Source: Candidatus Bipolaricaulota bacterium
Lineage (GTDB): Bacteria > Bipolaricaulota > Bipolaricaulia > UBA7950 > UBA9294
Reading direction: 5' to 3'
DNA length: 43,065 nt
Assembly: GCA_030615945.1 (NCBI GenBank)
Contig: JAUWYG010000002.1
Location: forward strand, 1 to 43,065
In this document: piece after piece, positions 18,620-26,718 of the stretch
Layout of the letters: each line of letters begins with the position of its first letter
Position numbering within the stretch: the first letter of the stretch is position 1
The notes under the pieces: model-generated
Database searches by the model: none
What the model was told of the DNA's origin: nothing
What the model saw: only the letters and a program-made list of their open reading frames with translations
Program-made: the position numbers and the translations under genes

Positions 18620-20481
18620 TAGCCCTCCCCCCCATTTTTTGCTGCTTCGATCATCTGCTCGATCGGCTCGGTGTCAAGGACAGCGATCGCCGCGCCGCCC
18701 GGGCCGGCATGGGACCCCAGAGCCGGGGCGGCGTCGGTCACCATCACCGTTGAGGCAGGAAACCCCCGGTGAAGCGCCCCGGCGTAGTGCTGCGCGAGCT
18801 TGGGAGCAGCGGCGTGAGCCACGATGAATATCGGCGCCCCCATCTCCTGCGCGAGTTCCGTGACAAAGGAGAGCGCCTTTCTTACTGCGCGACGTCGCCC
18901 GATCGTCTTGCCGGCCGGGGCCACTTTTCCGTCTCTGACAGTGAGGATCGGTTTCAGACGAAGCAGTTCAGCGATCCTCCCTTGAATGGGCGAGAGCCGC
19001 CCCCCACGCACAAAGTACTCGACAGTGGGGACGAACACGAAGATACTCACTCCGGCTGCGGCTTTCTGGGCAACTGCACTGCATGTATCAAGTGGGAGGT
19101 CAGCGTCAATCGCGCGTGCAGCCGCCCACACCGCGAGCCCCTGCGCTGCCGAAGCGGTCCGACTGTCTACCACCTCAATCGGTACTCCGGTCTCCTCGCT
19201 TACTGTTCGGGCAGCGGCAAGGGCCGTCTGGTAAGTCCCAGAGACCTCAGCGGAAAGGTGGATCGACAGGACCCCCGCGTAGTGGCGGGACAGATATCGA
19301 TAAAGGAGAAGGACCTCGGCGGGGGTCGGCTGCGAGGTCTTGGGGAGGATCTTCGAAGTGGCGAGCCTCGCGTAGAACTGGTTCGGAGTGATCTCTACCC
19401 GGTCGAGGAGCTCTTCCTCGCCGAACGCCACCCGCGCCGGGATCACGCGAATCCGCTGAGTCGTGAGGAACGACTGGGGAAGATCGCAGATCGAATCGGT
19501 CACTAAAGCGACCCCAGCCCGCTCCACTTCGGTCGGATACGCTTTCAGTTGCACGAGCATGTCCTCGACCCTCTGCGAACGGATCTTTCCTGCCTCAGCA
19601 AGGATCTCTAGGACGTGCGCTGGGGCGTTTGTGTGAACATGAACGTGCACCTCTTGCTCAGTTCCTGCGACCACCACCGAGTCTCCAAACTGGGTGAGGC
19701 GCTGCTTTAGCGCCATCCGGTCGATCCCTTCTCCGATGAGAATCCCCTCCGTACAATAGCGGAAATCGACGCATTCCGGCACATAGCCTGTGGCGATATC
19801 GAAGTCTCTCTCTAGAACCTCGACCGCAACGGCCTCCTCTTCCTCACTGCACTCGAGGGATTCGACAAACCCCTCGAGGAAATTGACGAACCCAAGCGCA
19901 CCAGCGTCGACCACACCTGCCTTCCGCAAGACAGCCAAACGGTCTGTCGTCTCAGCGAGCGACCGCCGCGCTATCTGCAGTCCTTCCTCCAACAGGGAAA
20001 GGAAGTCACTGAGCCGCTCCGCGTTTCTCGCAATGTGATCCGCAAAATCGCTCATCACGGTGAGAATCGTCCCCTCCTGGGGATTGGCTAACGCCTCCCG
20101 CGCGCGGGTAGCGGCGCGCTTTGCTGCTTCAACGAAGTGCGTGACCGAAATCTGGATCTGATCTGCGATCCCCTCTCGCAAGCCCTGGAAGAACTGGGCC
20201 ATGATCACCCCGGAGTTCCCCCGCGCGCCGGCAAGGGCTGAGGAGGCTATCGTCGAACTGACCATAACAAGGGAGGGCTTAGAGAGATTAAGCCCGCGGA
20301 TCACCCCGCGCATCGTCGCCGCCAAGTTGGAACCGGCGTCCAAGTCGGGCACAGGAAAAACGTTGATCCGATCTAGGAGATCCTTATTCGCTATGATGCG
20401 CTGAGCGCCGGTGATCACCGCCCGACGCAGACGCTCCCCGTTCAGATAGTGTATCTTTTCCCGCCCTTCCTTTTGCACCAC
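18619..20481 (-). CDS. Dak2 (DhaL/FakA-like kinase) plus FakA central region fused to a DegV (FakB-like) fatty-acid-binding domain
   Basis: N-terminal Dak2 domain (DLDAGSNLAATM...ARGNSGVI). Central FakA/YloV-like block (YCTEGIL...GDSVVVAG...VHVHVHTNAP...RVEDM). C-terminal DegV signature (VALVTDSICDLP...PKTSQPTP). Confidence 0.7.
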   Translation of the reverse strand: MVQKEGREKIHYLNGERLRRAVITGAQRIIANKDLLDRINVFPVPDLDAGSNLAATMRGVIRGLNLSKPSLVMVSSTIASSALAGARGNSGVIMAQFFQGLREGIADQIQISVTHFVEAAKRAATRAREALANPQEGTILTVMSDFADHIARNAERLSDFLSLLEEGLQIARRSLAETTDRLAVLRKAGVVDAGALGFVNFLEGFVESLECSEEEEAVAVEVLERDFDIATGYVPECVDFRYCTEGILIGEGIDRMALKQRLTQFGDSVVVAGTEQEVHVHVHTNAPAHVLEILAEAGKIRSQRVEDMLVQLKAYPTEVERAGVALVTDSICDLPQSFLTTQRIRVIPARVAFGEEELLDRVEITPNQFYARLATSKILPKTSQPTPAEVLLLYRYLSRHYAGVLSIHLSAEVSGTYQTALAAARTVSEETGVPIEVVDSRTASAAQGLAVWAAARAIDADLPLDTCSAVAQKAAAGVSIFVFVPTVEYFVRGGRLSPIQGRIAELLRLKPILTVRDGKVAPAGKTIGRRRAVRKALSFVTELAQEMGAPIFIVAHAAAPKLAQHYAGALHRGFPASTVMVTDAAPALGSHAGPGGAAIAVLDTEPIEQMIEAAKNGGEG

Positions 20482-20487
20482 GTCCGT

Positions 20488-20515
20488 ATCATACCACCTT
20501 CAGTACCGGGTGCAA
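20488..20515 (-). promoter_or_regulatory. Promoter candidate placed for a leaderless or near-leaderless Dak2-DegV/plsY transcript
   Basis: On the minus strand: TTGCAC, 16 nt, TGgTATGAT (extended -10), then 6 nt to the GTG start. Confidence 0.35.
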
Positions 20516-20546
20516 AAACAGACCGGCGACTCTTTCCCAAGTCGCC
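20512..20546 (-). terminator. Orphan intrinsic-terminator-like hairpin on the minus strand
   Basis: GGCGACT (20525-20531) / AGTCGCC (20540-20546) with an 8-nt loop. On the minus strand it is followed by GGTCTGTTTTTGC. No annotated minus-strand gene lies upstream of it. Confidence 0.4.
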
Positions 20547-20804
20547 TCTGTCCCTTGATACGCACTGGGAGTTATGCTAGTCTAGGTTATCTCTGACAGA
20601 GGGGTGGTCGTGATGAAGACGTCTCGTATCGATGTGGTAGACTCATTTGCCGTTCTCACGGTGAATCACCCCAACCCCACTGTAAGACCGCAGGTCAATA
20701 CAAACGCCCCCTACGGGGCGCAATACTAATCTCTTTGCATCTTCATTCATTCCCAATTCTAACCTGAACCTTGGACAGTATTTTCATCTACAAAGGAGGT
20801 ATTG

Positions 20805-21713
20805 ATGCATATTTCTACTGCTAGCAAGCGCCTTTGTGTGTTAGTGATCAAAAGCGAGATCATGCGCTCAGCCGGAGCTTACCTGCGCGAGCAGGGGTTC
20901 ATCGAGATCCTCCCGGTGATCCTCTCGCCGGTGACCGACCCGCTTCACCATGAGACATACGGCGGCGCAATCGACTACTACGGCCGCCCCTATCAGTTGA
21001 CCAAGAGCATGATCTTGCACAAGCAGATCGCCCTACGAACAGCCCCAAAGATCTTTTGTTTCTCGCCGAATGTCCGCATGGAGCCTGAAGAGCGTGCCAG
21101 CTTAGGCCGCTACCTCGCTGAGTTCGTCCAGCTCGACCTTGAGGTGCGGGACGGAACACGGGATGAGCTCATAGAAATCGGAGAGGGCCTCTTGCTCGCC
21201 ATCCTCCGGGGGGTCAAGGAACGTTGCCCCCGAGAGCTTGAACTTCTAAAGCGGGACTTGGCAATTCCCCAACGCCCATTCAGACAGATCACTTACCAGG
21301 AAGCAAAACAACGGTTCGGGGAGAAGTTCGATGATGCTCTCTCCAAATCCCTGGCGGCACCGAGCTGGGTGATCGACTTCCCGCGGGAGGTGCGAGAGTT
21401 CTATGATCGCGAGGACACTTCCCGCCCAGGGACGCTCATCGACATAGACCTGATCTATCCCGAGGGCTACGCAGAGGCTCTCTCCGGGGGCGAGCGGGAA
21501 CATACCCTCTCGCGCATCCTGCGGCGATTTGAGCAGGACGGGATCGACCCACAGCGGTTCTCGGAGTACCTTAAAGCAGTAGAAGAAGGGATCCCCCCAT
21601 CGGCCGGGTTCGGAATTGGGATTGAACGGTTGACCCGCTATATCTGCGGCCTCGATCATGTCAAGGAGGCACGCCTCTTTGCCAAGGTCCCGGGAGCGGT
21701 CGGATCGATCTAG
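20805..21713 (+). CDS. Class IIb aaRS catalytic-core paralog lacking an anticodon-binding domain; archaeal-type AsnRS-like asparagine synthetase A candidate
   Basis: About 300 aa. Motif 2-like region IFCFSPNVRMEP...YLAEFVQLDLE and motif 3 GFGIGIERLTRYICG. AAGGAGG lies 5 nt before the ATG at 20805. Confidence 0.6.
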   Translation: MHISTASKRLCVLVIKSEIMRSAGAYLREQGFIEILPVILSPVTDPLHHETYGGAIDYYGRPYQLTKSMILHKQIALRTAPKIFCFSPNVRMEPEERASLGRYLAEFVQLDLEVRDGTRDELIEIGEGLLLAILRGVKERCPRELELLKRDLAIPQRPFRQITYQEAKQRFGEKFDDALSKSLAAPSWVIDFPREVREFYDREDTSRPGTLIDIDLIYPEGYAEALSGGEREHTLSRILRRFEQDGIDPQRFSEYLKAVEEGIPPSAGFGIGIERLTRYICGLDHVKEARLFAKVPGAVGSI

Positions 21714-22395
21714 CTCTTAGGATATAGGGCGCGACTCCGGCCTCAGAGTATCGGCTAGGGTCGCGCATCCACTCGCGGTAACCCGTTAAGAGAGGAGAAG
21801 GAACGGAGCGAGACCGTTAGTTTCAAAGGGGAGAACAACTACCAGCGGATGTCCCACCCCACTATCCACTCCCAAATCGGATCCGAGGTCGAATCGCGTC
21901 ACGGTCTGCCAGGAGTTGAAGAAACCGGGCTCGCTCGGATCGGAAGCCAGAGTGAATCTTATCGTTATTCCTCCAAGCGGGAGACCGACGACAAGCGTCA
22001 AGGAGAAGAATGAATCGTCCGTCCAGGTAGCATCTCACTGATAGAGATCCTAGTTCTCTTGGTGCCCCTGTAAGGGAGATGAAGATTGAACTCGAGCGAG
22101 ATCTGCAACGCGCAGCTCGGAGTGACCGTTGAGAAGAAGCAAGCACGTCGATCAATGCTGCAAGCGTAGAGAGCGATCGCTTCGTCGTCAACCTCCCCCT
22201 TTTGATTCTCCTGCACTTGATGTTGACGGCAAGCGGCCAGTTAAACCGAAGCTCCGGAGCTGAGATCGATCCCTGTTCTTAGCGTGCCCCTCCCTTCGGC
22301 GTAGGATTCAAAACGGCGGAGAAGTTCATCACCTAAAGCGGGTTATTCGGCGTGTAACAAAGACCGTCGTTGTCCACCCCCGGCCAACCACAGGG

Positions 22396-22404
22396 TGTTA
22401 TGCT
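22396..22404 (+). promoter_or_regulatory. Extended -10 element candidate for the cohesin/dockerin gene
   Basis: TGtTATGCT lies 31 nt upstream of the ATG at 22436, and the AAGGGGTGG SD sits between them. Confidence 0.3.
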
Positions 22405-22435
22405 AAACCAATGAAACAGGAATAAGGGGTGGACT

Positions 22436-23833
22436 ATGAATCATGACCGGGTTTGTTTACGAGACAAAAGAAAGGGGTTGGTCGTCCTCGTCTTAACCCT
22501 GTGGATCCTGGTTCTTCCCCTTGGATATCAGACACGCGCCGATACCAATGGCGATACTCCAGTTATTATCCTGGAGAAGAAACAGGGGGAGGAGGGGACA
22601 CTTCAACTCATCCTTGCAAGCGCTCCCGAGGGAGTGTACATGTACGATATTACGATTTCTGTGAGGGATAGTCGCATCGTGCACATCCGCTCGGCCAGGG
22701 GAATAGCGATCGCAGGGTTCTACTTTCAAGTGGTAAAGACAAGCGGGGACTCGATCGAGTTTCGCGCGTTGGACCTTGATCGGAGCGGTGTGTTGCCAGG
22801 AGCTCGGGATGTCATCCTGGCGGAGATCGACGTGGTAGGATTGGCGAGGGGACGAACGGGAATCGATGTGGAGGTCAATAAATTTATCGACCATCGGGAC
22901 CACAGGGTTGTCCCCCGGGTGGAGTCAATCTCGTTGGAGGTGTTTACCCCCGCTCCCCAATTATCCCCGATCGGAAGCTCTGTGAAGGTTCCTCAGGACC
23001 TGGACGGGGATGGTCTCTATGAAGATATCAATGGGGATGGGAGGCTCACCCCAGAGGATGTCTCCCTGTTTGCCCTTGATATCAACAGTGAGGCCATCCA
23101 GACGCATGAAGAATCTTTTGATTTTAATGAGGATGGGAAGATAGACCTTGAGGATGTCCAAGCATTGGCCGCCTTGGCCGAGAAGGCTAGTCCCATGCTT
23201 ACTAGCCTGCGGCTGGAACAGGGAAGAGGGGAAACAGGAAAGGAGGTTGCCCTCGAATTGCTCTTGGTCAGAGGAGCTCGTGGACTGCAGACCTACGATC
23301 TGGTTCTCTCTGTATCTGACCCCCGAGTGGCCCAGATCAAGGGAATAAAAAGTGATGCGATAGATCAGCGGTTCTTTCAGATCGTTCATCAGGACCCTGG
23401 TTCCATCGAGTTTCGGGCCGCGGACTTCAGGGATCAGATCCAGCCTGGGACGGATGGCGTTACCCTGGCGACGGTTATCCTCACAGGCATGAGCAAGGGC
23501 GAGGCGAAGCTCGACATCAAGGCCAGGGTGATGACGGATGATGAAGGAAACCTGATAGAGCCGTTGGTTCAGTCAGGCGGGGTAACGATAACCGTCTCCC
23601 TCTCACCGATTGGCGACTCAACCCACCGTCCACAGGATTTGGACTACGACGGACTCTACGAGGATGTGAATGGAGATGGGAGATTGACCTTTGCCGATCC
23701 GCTTTTGTTGGCCTTCAATCTTGGTAGCGAGGTGATCCAGGGAAACCCGGCTCTGTTTGATTTCAATGGCGATGGAAGGGTCGATTTCAATGACGCGGGC
23801 ACCTTGGCCACGCTCGTCGAAAAGTTTGAATAA
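22436..23833 (+). CDS. Secreted protein with two tandem units, each a cohesin-like beta domain followed by a dockerin-type Ca-binding repeat pair
   Basis: Signal peptide. Unit 1 is about aa 43-248 and unit 2 about aa 254-465. Each ends with SPIG(S/D)S..PQDLD(G/Y)DGLYED(I/V)NGDGRLT...FDFN(E/G)DG(K/R)(I/V)D(L/F)(E/N)D, which are duplicated EF-hand-like dockerin loops. Confidence 0.6.
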   Translation: MNHDRVCLRDKRKGLVVLVLTLWILVLPLGYQTRADTNGDTPVIILEKKQGEEGTLQLILASAPEGVYMYDITISVRDSRIVHIRSARGIAIAGFYFQVVKTSGDSIEFRALDLDRSGVLPGARDVILAEIDVVGLARGRTGIDVEVNKFIDHRDHRVVPRVESISLEVFTPAPQLSPIGSSVKVPQDLDGDGLYEDINGDGRLTPEDVSLFALDINSEAIQTHEESFDFNEDGKIDLEDVQALAALAEKASPMLTSLRLEQGRGETGKEVALELLLVRGARGLQTYDLVLSVSDPRVAQIKGIKSDAIDQRFFQIVHQDPGSIEFRAADFRDQIQPGTDGVTLATVILTGMSKGEAKLDIKARVMTDDEGNLIEPLVQSGGVTITVSLSPIGDSTHRPQDLDYDGLYEDVNGDGRLTFADPLLLAFNLGSEVIQGNPALFDFNGDGRVDFNDAGTLATLVEKFE

Positions 23834-24227
23834 CCGGATGCAGGCCTTATCACTCGCTATTCTTGCAATCTTAGATTGAAGGCCTTCCTCGAACAGGGAA
23901 GCGCGCGTTCTTATAGCCTTTTGCGGGAGGATATAGCAAAGTCCCTGTTAAAGGAGTCTTCCCGATGTTGATGGCGAAATAGACTCCTCTTATCGTGAGG
24001 TGTCCTTTCCATATCACGTTGGTGGCGCTGATTCTCTTCAATGGGACTTGCGTTCTCATCCTGATCCCCTCCTGTTTATCGGTGTAGCCCTTTGCCCCTT
24101 TCCTTTAAGTAGTGGAGTCGATCGGCCCTTGGGACTTGCTTTCCCTGCGGTATTGCGGCATGAGGGATTATTGATGCCGAATTTGCGTAAAAAACCACGC
24201 TGAATGGGATACATATTACAGACACGG

Positions 24228-24261
24228 GTGGAGGCTTGTGTTATGTGGAGGCTTGTGTTAT
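24228..24261. repeat. Perfect 17-nt tandem duplication in a long intergenic region
   Basis: GTGGAGGCTTGTGTTAT occurs at 24228-24244 and again at 24245-24261. Confidence 0.95.
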
Positions 24262-24264
24262 ACT
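24237..24264 (+). promoter_or_regulatory. Promoter-like arrangement created by the 17-nt duplication
   Basis: TTGTGT (24237-24242, copy 1), 16 nt, TGtTATACT (extended -10; TATACT at 24259-24264, end of copy 2). Confidence 0.3.
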
Positions 24265-24823
24265 GCGCTCACATTATATCTGAAAAAGGCATAGCCATCG
24301 TGAGGTGGCAGCGCAAAACCGTGGGTCTCTTAGAGACAGCCAGGTTGCCAGAGACAGGGAGGCTAGGATTTAATGTTGACTCTGTCGGGGGCGACCTTGA
24401 TTGTAGCTAGGAGATCTTTTTCTTTACCCCGTATTATTTTCGATGTGTGGTCCCCCTGGCTTTCCGGAGTTAGGTACGTTAAAACATTCACCGAACCTCC
24501 ACATCCCCTTCACGGTAGCTTTACAACTGAGAAGTAAAGTAGCGATGTACGAGAGCAACAATTCAGTATTGTGCCATTATGCTCTTGAATTCCGGAGCTT
24601 CTTGTACTGTAGATCGCAGTTCAGGAGTAGATTTACGCAGAGGAGAGCGAGGCTAGTCTAGGAAGAAGGAGGCACACAGCTATGACTGTTTTCCGGAAGC
24701 GTCCCCACGCTAGTAACCGAATTGAGTTATTCACTGTGTGCCTTCGTCATTATACCACAAAAGCCATCGTTTTGCCGTAATGGCAGTTACAACAGCAGAA
24801 AGAGAAAAAAGGAGATATCAAGA

Positions 24824-26698
24824 ATGAAGGAATTGATGTGGAGAATCGGGAGTCGAATGGAGTCTGGACAAGGGAAGGGACAGCACAGAAGGCGGTTGGT
24901 TCTGCTAGTTGGGATCGCGCTGCTTCTCCTCTTCTCACAGGCGCCGGCCCATCGTGTGCAAGCGGCACCGCCTCTGTGTGTCATGGAGATAGCGACGGAC
25001 AAGTCCGTATACCATCCGGATGAGCCCGTTCAGCTCAATATGTGGATTAAGGTAAATGCCAATCTAGACCTACCAGCAATAGAGAATGCACGCCTGGAGG
25101 TGGAATTAAAGCAGCCGTTCGGGACCTTTGTAACCCTAACCCATCGAGGAGGCATCTCCCTGCGCAAGGGAGCGGAGTGGGAGGAGCAGTTGCTCTCCCT
25201 TCCCATAACCGGAGAACCCTTCCGAAACATGGGCAACTATGAAGCCCATGCGGTGCTCCTCTCGCAGGCCGGTGAGATCTATTGCGAGGCCTATACTGTC
25301 TTCGCTATTGAAAGTATCTTTGGGAGGATGCCCGGCACGCGGACGCTCATCGTCACCTCAAGAAGGACGGAGCTGACGGAGCCGTTCGTATCCAAGTTGG
25401 CTGTCTGGCTTGAAGCAGCTTACCAAACCAAGGTCCAGGTACTCTATCAGGAAGGAGTCTATGAGGCCTATCAGAGCGGGCTCTATCGGGACTTTGATGT
25501 GCTCATCTATTACGCGACGGACTATCAGCAGTCCCCGCCCCCGGAGTTGATCAAGGACATCTTCGAAGGCGAAGGGAGAACCAAGAAGAAGGTGGTCTGG
25601 ATCGGTTACCACCTGGATAAGGTTCAGGCCTACCTGCGGCTGTATGGCTTAAGTTATGGAACGCTCTCTGGGGGGAATGAGCCGGGGAAACTGCTCTACC
25701 TCGATTCCGGAGTGAGCTACGACCTGCGCAACCCTGATTGCATCTCCGTTGAGGTGATCAACGACGACCTCGCTCGCGTCCGTGCCACCGTGGATGATGC
25801 CCCAATCATCGTCAGCGCCAAGCAGACCTATTATCCGGAGGACGGTGAGTGCTTCTACTTCGTCGGCTTCCATCCCACCTCCTACATTGCTCCCTTCGGC
25901 GCGCATCTCGTCTTCTGTGACATCCTAAATGAGGTCTATGGGATCGAGCGAGGGAAGATAGCCCTGGTGAGGCTGGAGGACATTCATGCCTTTACCGATT
26001 CTCAACAGTTACTCTCCATTACCGGCTTCTTGAGAAGCGAACGTGTTCCCTTCACCCTGGCCTTGATCCCGGTATACGTGGGTGGAGATGAGATAGAGAT
26101 CCGCTTAAGCCAGGATAGGGACTTCAGAATCAAGGTTAAGAACGCCCTCTTAGATGGAGGAGAGATCGTCCTCCATGGAGCTACCCACCAATATGATGAG
26201 GTGACCGCTGTGGATTATGAGTTCTGGGATGAGAAAACCGGCACTCCCATAGGCGGCACGGAATATGCCGAACAGCGCGTGGCAGATGCGCTGATGGAGA
26301 TCGAGTTCTCCGGACTTAGACCCTATCTTGCTGGCTGGGAGACCCCGCATTATAAAGCTGATGAAGAGGCCTATACCGTGTTTGAAAGATACTTTGAACT
26401 GATGTATGAGGACCCCCGTTGGGGGTTCGACCTGAAACGCATCCCCTATCCGGTGGAGACTGAGCGCAACTTGTATGTCCGCTCGCAATTGAGCTATGTG
26501 CGGGCGGACTCCCCAGATACGGATGTGAGCACGATACTCCAGGAGGCAACTCTACTAGCCGGCCTGGAACATGGCGCATTGGCCTCTTTCCACTACCATC
26601 CGGAGATGGGGCTCGAAAGGTTAAGGACTATCATCCAGGGCTTAAAGGAGCAAGGCTGGACCTTCAAACCGATCTCCTCCTTGCTAGGCACTGAATAA
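24824..26698 (+). CDS. Secreted DUF2334 (polysaccharide-deacetylase-like) protein with an N-terminal Ig-like domain
   Basis: AGGAG lies 7 nt before the ATG at 24824; the ORF-track extension to 24722 has no support. Signal peptide. LVRLEDIHAFT...VPFTLALIPVY...EIVLHGATHQYDE...EFWDE fits DUF2334. Confidence 0.65.
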   Translation: MKELMWRIGSRMESGQGKGQHRRRLVLLVGIALLLLFSQAPAHRVQAAPPLCVMEIATDKSVYHPDEPVQLNMWIKVNANLDLPAIENARLEVELKQPFGTFVTLTHRGGISLRKGAEWEEQLLSLPITGEPFRNMGNYEAHAVLLSQAGEIYCEAYTVFAIESIFGRMPGTRTLIVTSRRTELTEPFVSKLAVWLEAAYQTKVQVLYQEGVYEAYQSGLYRDFDVLIYYATDYQQSPPPELIKDIFEGEGRTKKKVVWIGYHLDKVQAYLRLYGLSYGTLSGGNEPGKLLYLDSGVSYDLRNPDCISVEVINDDLARVRATVDDAPIIVSAKQTYYPEDGECFYFVGFHPTSYIAPFGAHLVFCDILNEVYGIERGKIALVRLEDIHAFTDSQQLLSITGFLRSERVPFTLALIPVYVGGDEIEIRLSQDRDFRIKVKNALLDGGEIVLHGATHQYDEVTAVDYEFWDEKTGTPIGGTEYAEQRVADALMEIEFSGLRPYLAGWETPHYKADEEAYTVFERYFELMYEDPRWGFDLKRIPYPVETERNLYVRSQLSYVRADSPDTDVSTILQEATLLAGLEHGALASFHYHPEMGLERLRTIIQGLKEQGWTFKPISSLLGTE

Positions 26699-26718
26699 CA
26701 CCTTGAGAGGAAGAGACT

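Noticed and set aside
20601-20612. T-box-like GGGGTGGTCGTG upstream of the AsnRS-like gene
   Set aside because: It matches only the GGGTGGT core of the T-box consensus (the ACCGCG part is missing). It lies ~200 nt from the start codon, and I could find no specifier-loop or terminator/antiterminator arrangement. It doubles as the SD-like sequence of the 38-aa ORF.
21786-22216. Three overlapping minus-strand ORFs (71, 109 and 72 aa), and a 54-aa plus-strand ORF at 21849-22013
   Set aside because: They have TTG/GTG starts or a badly spaced SD, are mutually overlapping, and match no recognisable family. I kept this only as a possible decayed gene in the findings.
24305-24370. c-di-GMP-I (GEMM) riboswitch-like GCGCAAAACC in the operon leader
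   Set aside because: Only one A-rich junction resembles the motif. The second conserved GCAAAGCC-type element and the GNRA tetraloop/receptor hairpins are not present. It needs cmscan and cannot be called by eye.
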